This document shows positions 22,416-32,224 of a stretch of DNA of 64,000 nucleotides, piece after piece; within the stretch, counting starts at the first letter, position 1; every line of letters begins with the position of its first letter. Source of the stretch: Gammaproteobacteria bacterium. Lineage in GTDB: Bacteria > Pseudomonadota > Gammaproteobacteria > CBDBNL01 > JAAOII01. The position numbers were made by a program, and so were the translations under genes. The stretch covers positions 928,001-992,000 of the forward strand of contig OZ242372.1 in assembly GCA_965209035.1 (NCBI GenBank), given 5' to 3'. The notes under the pieces were generated by a model. It saw nothing but the letters and a program-made list of their open reading frames with translations, did not search any database and was not told the DNA's origin.

Positions 22416-24781
22416 ATAAGATTCTTTATTTCCCGGTAATCCAAATCTTTGGTATCCGTCTCGGTGCCATCATCAAATTCTACCTTATTTTCTTTAATGG
22501 ACTTAATGGCCTTGCCCGTTAGATTAGACAGGGTCTCCGCAATGTCTATATTGGGATATAGTTTGTTTAGATCTATACGCACTTTATTATTTTTATAATC
22601 AATCTCCATTGCCTTGCACATCTTCTCATCTCTCAAGAAGACATACTGTTCATAATCAGTCTCATCGGGCCTGCCGAGCATATCGCCATCCGCATACTTG
22701 CACCCGGCAAGTGCCTCTTCGTATTGTTCCAATTCATAGTATTTAAAAAAGCCGCCGCCTTCCCAGTTTATGTCTTTGGACAAATGCGGACTACGTTTTT
22801 GTGGTGTGTTTGGTAAACTAAATTCTCGATCTCCGTTTAGCACAATCTTCATTCTGCCAAGTATTCCAACTTTTTTTATCTTGTTATTATCCGAATAAAA
22901 ATTATCAATATAACCGCACCCTTCCACCGCAATCCACTTACGATTAAGTTTTTGGGCAACCGCACAGGTGGTGCCGGAACCGGAAAAAAAGTCTAAAACG
23001 AGATCACCCGGCTTGGAACACGATTGAATAATGCGTCTCAGTAGATTTTCCGGCTTTTGTGTTTCAAAAGAAAAACTTTCCGTTTCTCTGGGCTCTGAAT
23101 ATTGGAATGAGTATATTGTATTCCAAACCGTTCCAATTCTTTTGGCTCTCACATCAACCGCCTTTTTCTCCAACTTTCCGTTTTCCCATTTTTCAATGTA
23201 AAGATGCTCTTTATCATTACCCATAAAATCCAACCAGCCTATTTTCTTATCCTTCTCTTCTTTCAACGGTTCCCAAAGCTTAATAAAACCGGTGTTACCG
23301 GGTTCTTTGGGCGAAAACATGATCTTATCCGCTTGTCTTATCCAATTATTTCTTTGTGTTTTAAAGCCGGAAATATTTTCACCCGTATTCCAGGTTATAA
23401 ACGCTTGATCCTTTACCGAAACTCCTTGAAAGACATCTACCAAAAGGTGCCGTCCCAAATAATCGGCATAGTGATCTAACTGCAGATATAAGTAACCCGA
23501 ATCTGACAAGAAGTCTCTTGCCAATATCAGTTTATCTCGCATCAGCGATAACCAACTCGCATCCTGAAATCTATCCACATACTCAAAATCGCTGCCGGTA
23601 TTAAACGGCGGATCAAGATAAATGGTTTGCACCTTGTCTTTGAACTTCGGCAGGATCGTATTTAATGCTTGGTAGTTTTCACTCTTAATAAGCCAACCAT
23701 CCAACGCCTCGTCCAGATGATCAAACTGAGCCAGAATATCCAACTCCAGATCCTTAAAGTATTTTGTATCAATCGGCGCTTTGGGGTTGGCTTCGTCTAT
23801 ATCCAATTCTTTCCATTCCAGAACTTGCTTTTTATAACCCGGATGCTTTTTGATTTTATTTACAAGATTTTTCTCCAATCGGTCCAGCGTAATAACATAG
23901 TTGCTGCTTTTGACAAACTTCGGCTTGTTCCATATTTTTACCAACTCATCCTCAAATTGAGAAACAAAGTCTATGAGTTTAAAGGCTATGCGCTTAAGAC
24001 TCGCAAGCTGATTAACTCTTCTCGGTGTCCATTCCGTCTTCTCTTCTGTCCCTTGCCAAAAATATTGATAACTCCATAATTTAAATTGCTCTTGCAAGAA
24101 GGACTTGGCATTCTTGTTGATAAAAAAATCTACCTTGCTTTGTGCCTTAAAGATCCTGAATGCTCTTTCCAATTGTTCTTCGGTGACTCTGCTTCTCTTT
24201 GTTTTCAGTTCCTCTAATATCTCATCTGTTTTAATTGTTGACCCATTGGTGGAATATTGAACATCAAAAGTTATGACTCTATCCCTAACCTCCTTTAAAT
24301 TAAAAATTAAGGAGTTTTTTTCATTCGCCTTCTTGTTTTCCAGTTGAGAGGGATCAAAGAAAAACTTCAACCCATCAAATTCTATTTCTTGGCTTCTAAA
24401 AATACTGTCCGTTTTGACATAGTAAAGCATCTGCGTCTTCCAGAACAACATAACATCCTTTTCATTGGTATAAACCTTTTCATACACATCGTTATGAAGC
24501 CCGGTATCATTAAAATAAATGGAACCGTTTTGTGTGAAATAGCGATTGAAAAACGAATAAAGTTTGTCAAATAATTCGTCTCGGAAGCCCGGGTAACCCG
24601 TGAGTTCTTTATTGATATCCTTGTTTATTTGTTCCTCAATTTTCTTATAGTAGTTGGCTTTTATCTTCATTAAATTGATAAAGCCGCCCTTACCCTCAAT
24701 CTTCGCCCCAATGAAGACATCTCTTAAAGCGGAATAAAATTTTTGTTCTTTTGAAGGCATACTATTGACTATTTTATACAA
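22403..24781 (-). CDS. mod: Type III R-M methyltransferase Mod 2
   Basis: IYLDPPFN, TQKPE and DFFSGSGTT. Confidence 0.92.
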   Translation of the reverse strand: MYKIVNSMPSKEQKFYSALRDVFIGAKIEGKGGFINLMKIKANYYKKIEEQINKDINKELTGYPGFRDELFDKLYSFFNRYFTQNGSIYFNDTGLHNDVYEKVYTNEKDVMLFWKTQMLYYVKTDSIFRSQEIEFDGLKFFFDPSQLENKKANEKNSLIFNLKEVRDRVITFDVQYSTNGSTIKTDEILEELKTKRSRVTEEQLERAFRIFKAQSKVDFFINKNAKSFLQEQFKLWSYQYFWQGTEEKTEWTPRRVNQLASLKRIAFKLIDFVSQFEDELVKIWNKPKFVKSSNYVITLDRLEKNLVNKIKKHPGYKKQVLEWKELDIDEANPKAPIDTKYFKDLELDILAQFDHLDEALDGWLIKSENYQALNTILPKFKDKVQTIYLDPPFNTGSDFEYVDRFQDASWLSLMRDKLILARDFLSDSGYLYLQLDHYADYLGRHLLVDVFQGVSVKDQAFITWNTGENISGFKTQRNNWIRQADKIMFSPKEPGNTGFIKLWEPLKEEKDKKIGWLDFMGNDKEHLYIEKWENGKLEKKAVDVRAKRIGTVWNTIYSFQYSEPRETESFSFETQKPENLLRRIIQSCSKPGDLVLDFFSGSGTTCAVAQKLNRKWIAVEGCGYIDNFYSDNNKIKKVGILGRMKIVLNGDREFSLPNTPQKRSPHLSKDINWEGGGFFKYYELEQYEEALAGCKYADGDMLGRPDETDYEQYVFLRDEKMCKAMEIDYKNNKVRIDLNKLYPNIDIAETLSNLTGKAIKSIKENKVEFDDGTETDTKDLDYREIKNLIWWE

Positions 24782-24960
24782 AAGAGATATTAAGAAACCC
24801 CAACAACCAACAATACAACCCCCTTTTTATCCGTTTAAAAATTTCTTTTGTATCCGCCCGATCGGGCGGTAAAGAAATAACGGGATGGTCCGGTCTGGCA
24901 CAGCACTCGGATAATTTTCGGGGCATTTTCAAAGCATTCCCGAGATGATACAAAGAGTTT

Positions 24961-25230
24961 TTACTCGCCGTCGCCGGCAGACCCGCCTATTAGATGATCG
25001 CGAATAAACGCCAAAATTTCTTCTCTCGCCACATCCGCCGTTCTGCCGGGAATCCAATTGCCGACCGGTTCAATATTTGCCCCGGTCAGTTCATTAAAGT
25101 CCCGAATGAACAGATTCATTGACTTGCTCGCACCTTCCGTGTGTGCCTTGGCCAATGCCTTTTGGAGTTCGTCTCTTTTGTCCATCATTTGGTAAATATT
25201 ATATGAACTATCCGGGATGAGAATCGGCAA
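24961..25230 (-). CDS. Hypothetical protein or C-terminal gene fragment
   Basis: 89-aa ORF with a TTG start, co-oriented with its neighbours; no motif recognised. Confidence 0.3.
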   Translation of the reverse strand: MPILIPDSSYNIYQMMDKRDELQKALAKAHTEGASKSMNLFIRDFNELTGANIEPVGNWIPGRTADVAREEILAFIRDHLIGGSAGDGE

Positions 25231-25244
25231 GCAAAAGTGCCGCC

Positions 25245-25583
25245 CTACATTTTCATCACTTCTCGCACTTCCACGGTGGATTTGTATTTAACAGCTGGGC
25301 CGTCCCGGACGATCCGCACCGCCGCATCAATGTTGTCGGCAAGGATGATGCTGTAAGCGATCACTCTGTTGCCATCCGCGGTCTGCATCGGTTTGTCGGC
25401 GACTTCCGTTGCTGACAAAACGACCTTGCCGTCTTCCATAACGGGCGCACCGATGTCCGCGAGAACGCCGTCTTTTTTCAACCGGGCAAACCAGTTGGAC
25501 CAATCTTGCATTTCCTGTTCACTTGCCGAAGGATCCGGTGCGGGTTCCGGCACAGCCCGATAGATTAAAAGATATTTTTTCAT
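25245..25583 (-). CDS. YciI/DGPF-like protein
   Basis: MKKYLLIY...W..WF...AYSIILADNIDAAVRIV...VEVRE pattern. Confidence 0.75.
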   Translation of the reverse strand: MKKYLLIYRAVPEPAPDPSASEQEMQDWSNWFARLKKDGVLADIGAPVMEDGKVVLSATEVADKPMQTADGNRVIAYSIILADNIDAAVRIVRDGPAVKYKSTVEVREVMKM

Positions 25584-25612
25584 AGTATTGTTTGTATTGT
25601 TTGTTTATTTAT

Positions 25613-25765
25613 TTAATAGTATAGTAATAAATCTTGGCGGTGTTTCATCATGTCTTAATGATACGATAGTGTTTAATAATAGAGTAATAAATCTTGGCGG
25701 TATTTCATCATGTCTTACATGATACGACAGTGTTTAATCATAGAGTAATAAATCCAGGCGGTGTT
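25613..25765. repeat. ~60-bp tandem repeat, about 2.4 copies
   Basis: AGTAATAAATCTTGGCGGT..TTCATCATGTCTTA.. at 25623 and 25683, partial at 25744. Confidence 0.85.
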
Positions 25766-25835
25766 GCCGATACGAGTTCCGAGGCAGGTTCCGATACGGG
25801 TTCCGATGCGAGTTAATTGCCCGTTCACAAATCAC

Positions 25836-26891
25836 TCACAAATGCCGAACCCGAATATTCGGGCGGGCGGCGGCGATGGTTTCGCTGATGCAATGGCGAT
25901 GGCAATGCGCGGGCAACTTCTCAAAACAGGTGATGGCGACACGGCGGTAATCATCCAGCTTGCTTTCCAGGTCTTGCACCAGAGATTGTTTATTTTGCAG
26001 TTCCCGGCGATACCGGACAAACGGCTTTTCGGTAACGACGGCGTTTTTGGACGCCCGCCGAATATGGTAGGGGACACCGAGTCCGGGCATGCCCGCATAC
26101 GGAATGCCAACCTTCGGTAAGATCCTTGCCATGTCCTCGCGGGAAAAACCGGGTTTGTGACTGACCGGATTGGCGCGCACATCGCACAACAGACGCACCC
26201 GCTCGGCGATGAGAGTATTCACATATCTTTCAAACGAAATGCCTTCATAGCCGATGGTAAACAGCGTCTTTTCATCTGTCGCATCCTCCGTATCCTCCGC
26301 AGAATCAGCCGTGGCGAAACTGCCAAGGCGTGCCGCATCATAATAAGGATACTTGCGGGAGACGATGTTTGCCAGAGCCGCACCGCGCAATTTTCCGTAA
26401 GTCCGGATGAGTTCCGACAGACTCTGCAAATCCAACGCCCTGATCTGCGGCGGGCTAACTCGGGCGCGCAAATACCCGCCCTCTGCACCTGAAACGCCGA
26501 CACATCCTTTGCCGACAAGATACCGCAAATCCAGATCGCATGACAAGGAATAACAGCCATCCTCGTAGGGGATGAATTCATAAAGATACGCGCTGTCGCC
26601 GCGGGCAAATTCTTGTCCGAACAAAAACAACAATTTTTGGATGTCGGTTTTGGCGGTGCTTTCACTCACACGGCCCACACCGCCCTCGCCCGCATCACTC
26701 ACATCACCTAACCCGGCGATAAGGCGTAACAGAACACGCTGGCGATAATAGCGCGGAGATCTTGCCGCTTCCCGGGGATTAAACTTTAATTTTGTCTCGC
26801 CCGCTTCGGGCAAGTCATCCGACTCAAACAGGTCGGCCGACATTGGCGGCAGCCGCGATCCTGAAGATCCGGAAGATCCCGAAGCATTCAT
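25836..26891 (-). CDS. DUF488-domain protein with N-terminal wHTH-like extension
   Basis: LFTIGYEG, DVR.NP.S.KPGFS and C.E..P..CHR motifs. Confidence 0.8.
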   Translation of the reverse strand: MNASGSSGSSGSRLPPMSADLFESDDLPEAGETKLKFNPREAARSPRYYRQRVLLRLIAGLGDVSDAGEGGVGRVSESTAKTDIQKLLFLFGQEFARGDSAYLYEFIPYEDGCYSLSCDLDLRYLVGKGCVGVSGAEGGYLRARVSPPQIRALDLQSLSELIRTYGKLRGAALANIVSRKYPYYDAARLGSFATADSAEDTEDATDEKTLFTIGYEGISFERYVNTLIAERVRLLCDVRANPVSHKPGFSREDMARILPKVGIPYAGMPGLGVPYHIRRASKNAVVTEKPFVRYRRELQNKQSLVQDLESKLDDYRRVAITCFEKLPAHCHRHCISETIAAARPNIRVRHL

Positions 26892-26920
26892 CTACTCATC
26901 TCGTCCCATCCCATCTCATC

Positions 26921-27589
26921 TCATCCCACGGATTTTGCCGCAATCAGACTCAGATGCGTATAGGGCAGACCGGTTTCGGTATGCCAGGTATTAAACAATT
27001 CCTGCGCCTCTCGCAGTGTCTTTTGAGAGGCGGGTTTGCCGGTGAGGAGGCCGCGCTCGGTCAGGCAGGTCATCACATCCGGGGTGAGGATAAAACCGTC
27101 CCAACCGGCGCGCCGCAAAAAATACTGGCCGGTCATGCCGCCGAGACGGGATGCCCGCTGTTTGAAAAAGCCCAAAAGTCCCGTCTGATCTCCCGGCTTC
27201 CATTTGGTCAAGAACTTTCCAAAGCCGCCGTATTGATCTCGGATTTCCATAACAAAACCCACATTATGCCGGACCGCGTAAACTTTACGCATATTGCGAA
27301 CAATTCGCTCGTCGGCGGCATAGGCCTCCCATGCTTCGTCCGGCAAAGAATGCAGCCTCTCCGGGTCAAACAGATAAAAGGCTTCTTCAAAGCCCCGCCA
27401 CTTATGGCGAATGATTTGCCAAACAAACCCCGCCTGAAAGATCGTCATGGTCATTAAAGACAAAAAATAACTGTCCGGCTGGCCCGCAGTTTTCCGGGCG
27501 GTCGGCACCTTGGGAAGATCGGCGAGCAGGTTTTGCTCGCCTCCCTTAAGTTCGGCAGCCCGGCGCAAAATATCGTCAAAGTCCGACAT
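26921..27589 (-). CDS. DNA-3-methyladenine glycosylase I family protein
   Basis: IFQAGFVWQII..KW.GFEEAF..FDP and IVRN..KV motifs. Confidence 0.85.
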   Translation of the reverse strand: MSDFDDILRRAAELKGGEQNLLADLPKVPTARKTAGQPDSYFLSLMTMTIFQAGFVWQIIRHKWRGFEEAFYLFDPERLHSLPDEAWEAYAADERIVRNMRKVYAVRHNVGFVMEIRDQYGGFGKFLTKWKPGDQTGLLGFFKQRASRLGGMTGQYFLRRAGWDGFILTPDVMTCLTERGLLTGKPASQKTLREAQELFNTWHTETGLPYTHLSLIAAKSVG

Positions 27590-27823
27590 ACCGAAATCCC
27601 GTTAATCTCCCGACTTCAAGAATTCGGGATATGCGGCAAGCCCGCGTTCTTCTGTGCCGGAGCCTTCATATTCTTCGGTGTCCGACATCCGAATACCCGT
27701 TGTTTTCTTTAAGAGATACCAAACAACCCGAGATGTTGGATGTTATAAAAACAAACAGGCAATCACCGCCGGTGAACCGGGTTCTTTTTGTCGGCTTAAA
27801 AATCATGACAGACCGGCACTTTT

Positions 27824-29353
27824 TTATTCTTCATCAAACAGGCCGGGAGGGTTCCCAGACCGGGGCGGCTTTTCCGCGTCTGTCGCCGGGACATCACGCT
27901 CACCGGGCGATGCTGCTGCTTCCGTTCCCGGTCCCAGTTTCTGTTCTTGCTCCTTTTCGTTACCCCGTTCGCCGGCAGTTCCCCGCGAAGGTGTCGAGGA
28001 CACCGAGGGCGCATAGACGCGCCGCACCTGTGTATCCAAGCCGCCGCGCGCAAGGCGTAATTGCAAAATGTCGCCGGGTTTTGTATCAAACGCGTTTTTG
28101 ACGGTCCGACCCAGACTGTCCAACGCCAAGGCGTAGCCGCGTTCGAGAACACGTGTTGGATTAACGGTCCGCAACGCCTCTTTTTGGGTTTTCAATTCCA
28201 CTTCAACCTTTTGCATCCTGTTGCGCATGCGTTCTCGCAACAACGATTTTGCATCTCGCAACTTGTAGCGCAACTCGGCAAGCTTGGTGTCCGCCCCGCT
28301 CCGGTGCAAACACTCCGCCAGGCGAAAGAGATCCTCTCTTTTGTCGCTCAACAGAATACGCAACCCGCCGATGAGATCCTTTTGAGCACGGCGTAATCTT
28401 TCGGCAAAAGCCCGAACGGGGTTGGCAAACAGTAACCGTCTTTGCATCTCGTCGTTGCGCTGCATCTGTTCTTCCAATCTTTCCAGCAGTTCGTTGCGCA
28501 TTCTGCGACTATCGGAATGCAGGTCACGGATCACGGCGGCGGAGTCTAAGCTGAGTTCCTCGGCCGCGGCCGAAGGCGTCGGCGAGCGTTTGTCCGCCGC
28601 CAGATCACACAGCGTCAAATCAATTTCGTGGCCAACCGCACTAACAACCGGCAGGTCGCTCGCGGCAATCGCGCGCACCAGTTCTTCTGTGTTGAAGCAA
28701 CTCAAGTCTTCCGCCGAGCCGCCGCCGCGCGTAATCAGCACCGCATCAAAGCGGTTGAGTTGATTGGCTTTCGCCAGGGCGGCGACGATCTCCTGTGCCG
28801 CCCCCTTCCCTTGCACCTGTGCGTGAATCAGCGACACCCGCATGCACGGCATACGCCTGTCCAAAACTTGATTCAGATCGTGCAGGGCGGCGCCACTTTT
28901 CGAAGTGATCACACACAAACGCAGGATGACAGGCGGCAAGGGTTTTTTGCGTTCGGCATCAAACAGTCCTTCCGCATGCAGTTTTTGTTTAAGTTTTTCA
29001 AACTGAGTATGCAGATCGCCGACGCCCTCGCCGCGGATCTCCCGGGCGACGAGTTGAAACCGACCTTGCGATTCGTAAAAGGCAGCCTTACCGGACAGGA
29101 CGACCATATCGCCTTCCTTGGGCGCGGGATGCACCCGCAGATTGGCGTTTTTGAACATCACACAACTTAACAGGGCCTGCTCGTCTTTGAGAGAAAAATA
29201 CCAGTGTCCCATTTTGGAAACGGTGAAGCCGGACACCTGCCCGCGCACATGAATGCTTGCCGGAAAATGCTCCGCCAACAGGGCCTCCAACTCCGCAAAG
29301 ACCTGTGAAACACCCAGCGGGTGATTGGCGGAAGTTGAAATGTGCATACTCAT
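27824..29353 (-). CDS. xseA: Exodeoxyribonuclease VII large subunit
   Basis: GHWYFSLKD, RGGGSAEDL, SAVGHEID, TPSAAAE, VLERGYA. Confidence 0.96.
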   Translation of the reverse strand: MSMHISTSANHPLGVSQVFAELEALLAEHFPASIHVRGQVSGFTVSKMGHWYFSLKDEQALLSCVMFKNANLRVHPAPKEGDMVVLSGKAAFYESQGRFQLVAREIRGEGVGDLHTQFEKLKQKLHAEGLFDAERKKPLPPVILRLCVITSKSGAALHDLNQVLDRRMPCMRVSLIHAQVQGKGAAQEIVAALAKANQLNRFDAVLITRGGGSAEDLSCFNTEELVRAIAASDLPVVSAVGHEIDLTLCDLAADKRSPTPSAAAEELSLDSAAVIRDLHSDSRRMRNELLERLEEQMQRNDEMQRRLLFANPVRAFAERLRRAQKDLIGGLRILLSDKREDLFRLAECLHRSGADTKLAELRYKLRDAKSLLRERMRNRMQKVEVELKTQKEALRTVNPTRVLERGYALALDSLGRTVKNAFDTKPGDILQLRLARGGLDTQVRRVYAPSVSSTPSRGTAGERGNEKEQEQKLGPGTEAAASPGERDVPATDAEKPPRSGNPPGLFDEE

Positions 29354-29686
29354 TATGTTGATTCAGTGATTCGATTAAATCTCTCGCTCTTGTCTAATCC
29401 TAGTTTGTCCGCCTGTCCTTAAACGCTACTCCCGCATCTGCCCGCAAACAGCAAGTCGGGCGAGCCGGACTATTTAACTCTTGATTGTCCTGCCTTCCTT
29501 GATTTCTATTGATTCGTATTCGCACCTGAATTGCTTTTGGAACTTTTGGGTTTTTCATGCTTTTCGTGTCTTTCATATCTTCCGGATCCCTTTCAAATCT
29601 CCTGCGAGTCTCTTCCCCGCATCAATATCAATAAAGAGAGAGCAGTACAAAAGCACGGAGTTCCTGTCTGCGAAACACCCGAAACA

Positions 29687-29760
<74 letters not shown>

Positions 29761-29947
29761 TCGCTATTATATACCTTGTTTGTCGGTTTGTTGGCATGAT
29801 CTTGCGGTTTCTTACCTCTGCCAAGATTTTTACCCGCGGGCATGCATCACAGAGAGGGGGGGGATATAGAATATTGCGTATTGCGTATTGCGTATTGCGA
29901 GCCGGCAAGGGCGGGCGGACTATGTAAACCAAACCAAACTGCCATAT

Positions 29948-30066
29948 CTATTCGGGACCTATTCGGGGCCTATTCGGGACCTATTCGGGGGCTATTCGGG
30001 GCCTATTCGGGGCCTACTCGGGGCCTACTCGGGGCCTACTCGGGGCCTACTCGGGGCCTACTCGGG
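29948..30066. repeat. 11-bp minisatellite (CTA[T/C]TCGGGGC), about 11 copies; a 7-bp (TATTGCG)x4 run lies nearby at ~29872-29899
   Basis: Directly visible tandem units. Confidence 0.9.
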
Positions 30067-30227
30067 TTGCATCTTATCCCAAATACTCAGGCATTCGTCG
30101 GCCCGCCCGCTTCCTTCTATTTCCCCTATTCCCTCTATATAATGCTCCTTTCCATACAACGGGAAAACAGTTCACAGATTTGCCGCTTTTTGTCTTATAA
30201 TTTCGTCTAAATGCAAATGAATATATT

Positions 30228-31085
30228 ATGACAAAGCACTCACCCTATTTGTTGCGGCTGTTCTTCTTGTTCTTTGGATTGTTCTTCGGGGCAATCCTTT
30301 TGAGCGGTTGCTCCGAACCCGACGAAGAAACACTGGCACTGATTGAAAATATGACAGTAGAAACAATCTCTCTGCCGGAAGGCAACGGTCATCTCGCCTA
30401 TGTGCGTGCCGGCGATGTCGGCAGTCAGAAGGTGATTTTTCTGCACGGAACGCCCGGAGATCGCGGGGCATGGAACGACTACATTGCGGATGTCCCCGCA
30501 GGGTTGGAATACATCCTGGTGGACCGCCCCGCATTTGGCGACAGTGATCCGAGGCGAGTGCTTTCCCTTGAAGCGCAGGGAAAGATTCTTGCCGCTTTAT
30601 TGCAGCCGGATGCGCTGGGGAATCTTCCGATATTGGTGGGACATTCTTATGGCGCCACCCTGGCCGCCTGGATGGCGGCCGAATACCCGGAAAAAGTCGG
30701 GGCAATCTTTTTGCTTGCCGGCTCCATGACTCATCTGCTGGACAGACCTTACCTGTTGCAGAGATGGGGCGTGCATCCGCCTTGGCGATGGCTAATTCCG
30801 GGCGGCATGCGCAAAGCCAACGACGAGGTGGTTGCTCTGGACGACGAACTGGTCGGTTTTGAAGAAAAGATGCGCAGCATCACCGCACCGGTTGTGGTTT
30901 TACAAGGACGCAAAGATTTTCTCGTTTCCTATAAAAACTTAAGGGTGATCCGAAAAAACATGATCAACTCCGCCAAAATAGATATCACCCTGTTGCAAGA
31001 CGCCGGACATTTCTTACCCTGGAACTACACGGAGCAAGTTAAATCTCTGATACAAAAAGCGGTGAACTATAGCCGCACGCATTAA
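30228..31085 (+). CDS. Alpha/beta hydrolase lipoprotein
   Basis: Lipobox LSGC, HGTPG oxyanion loop, GHSYG nucleophile, D (GRKD) and H (GHFLPW). Confidence 0.9.
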   Translation: MTKHSPYLLRLFFLFFGLFFGAILLSGCSEPDEETLALIENMTVETISLPEGNGHLAYVRAGDVGSQKVIFLHGTPGDRGAWNDYIADVPAGLEYILVDRPAFGDSDPRRVLSLEAQGKILAALLQPDALGNLPILVGHSYGATLAAWMAAEYPEKVGAIFLLAGSMTHLLDRPYLLQRWGVHPPWRWLIPGGMRKANDEVVALDDELVGFEEKMRSITAPVVVLQGRKDFLVSYKNLRVIRKNMINSAKIDITLLQDAGHFLPWNYTEQVKSLIQKAVNYSRTH

Positions 31086-31152
31086 AGAAAGGGAATGATA
31101 CACTTGTTAACCCATGAAAAATAAGTATCATTAATATTAGAGGCAAGACTAA

Positions 31153-32224
31153 ATGATAATGCTTCCGGCTTTTTTAACGCTATTAAAGACAAGAAAGAAA
31201 GAGTATCAATAACAACCGTTATGCTTTGTTTGAAACTTTCTGCCTTATAATTCACAAATAATGATAATGCTTCCGGCTTTTTTAACGCTATTAAAGACAA
31301 GAAAGAAAGAGTATCAATAACAACCATTATGCTTTGTTTGAAACCTTCTGCCTTATAATTCACAAATAATGATAATGCTTCCGGCTTTTTTAACGCTATT
31401 AAAGACAAGAAAGAAAGAGTATCAATAACAACCGTTATGCTTTGTTTGAAACTTTCTGCCTTATAATTCACAAATAATGATAATGCTTCCGGCCTTTTTA
31501 ACGCTATTAAAGACAAGAAAGAAAGTGTCAATAACAACCGTTATGCTTTGTTTGAAACCTTCTGCCTTATAATTCACAAATAATGATAATGCTTCCGTTC
31601 ACGCGGCTTTTTTAACGCTATTAAAGACAAGAAAGAGTATCAATAACAACCGTTGTGCTTTGTTTGAAACCTTCTGCCTTATAATTCACAAATAATGATA
31701 ATGCTTCCGGCCTTTTTAACGCTATTAAAGACAAAAAAGAAAGTGTCAATAACAACCGTTATGCTTTGTTTGAAACCTTCTGCCTTATAATTCACAAATA
31801 ATGATAATGCTTCCGTTCACGCGGCTTTTTTAACGCTATTAAAGACAAGAAAGAAAGAGTATCAATAACAACCGTTATGCTTTGTTTGAAACCTTCTGCC
31901 TTATAATTCACAAATAATGATAATACTTCCGGCTTTTTTAACGCTATTAAAGACAAGAAAGAAAGAGTATCAATAACAACCGTTATGCTTTGTTTGAAAC
32001 CTTCTGCCTTATAATTCACAAATAATGATAATGCTTCCGGCTTTTTTAACGCTATTAAAGACAAAAAAGAAAGAGTATCAATAACAACCGTTATGCTTTG
32101 TTTGAAACCTTCTGCCTTATAATTCACAAATAATGATAATGCTTCCGTTCACGCGGCTTTTTTAACGCTATTAAAGACAAAAAAGAAAGTGTCAATAACA
32201 ACCGTTATGCTTTGTTTGAAGCCT
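31153..32224 (+). repeat. Tandem array of ~108-bp units (9 full plus 1 partial)
   Basis: Unit starts (ATGATAAT) at 31153, 31261, 31369, 31477, 31583, 31695, 31801, 31917, 32025 and 32133; unit lengths 106-116 bp. Confidence 0.97.

Noticed and set aside
31082-32127. Minus-strand repeat ORFs (151 aa and 111 aa) as real proteins
   Set aside because: They are by-products of a 108-bp (36-codon) period; 106-, 112- and 116-bp units break the frame.
31153-32224. CRISPR array
   Set aside because: Whole 108-bp units repeat with no unique spacers, and there are no cas genes in the window.
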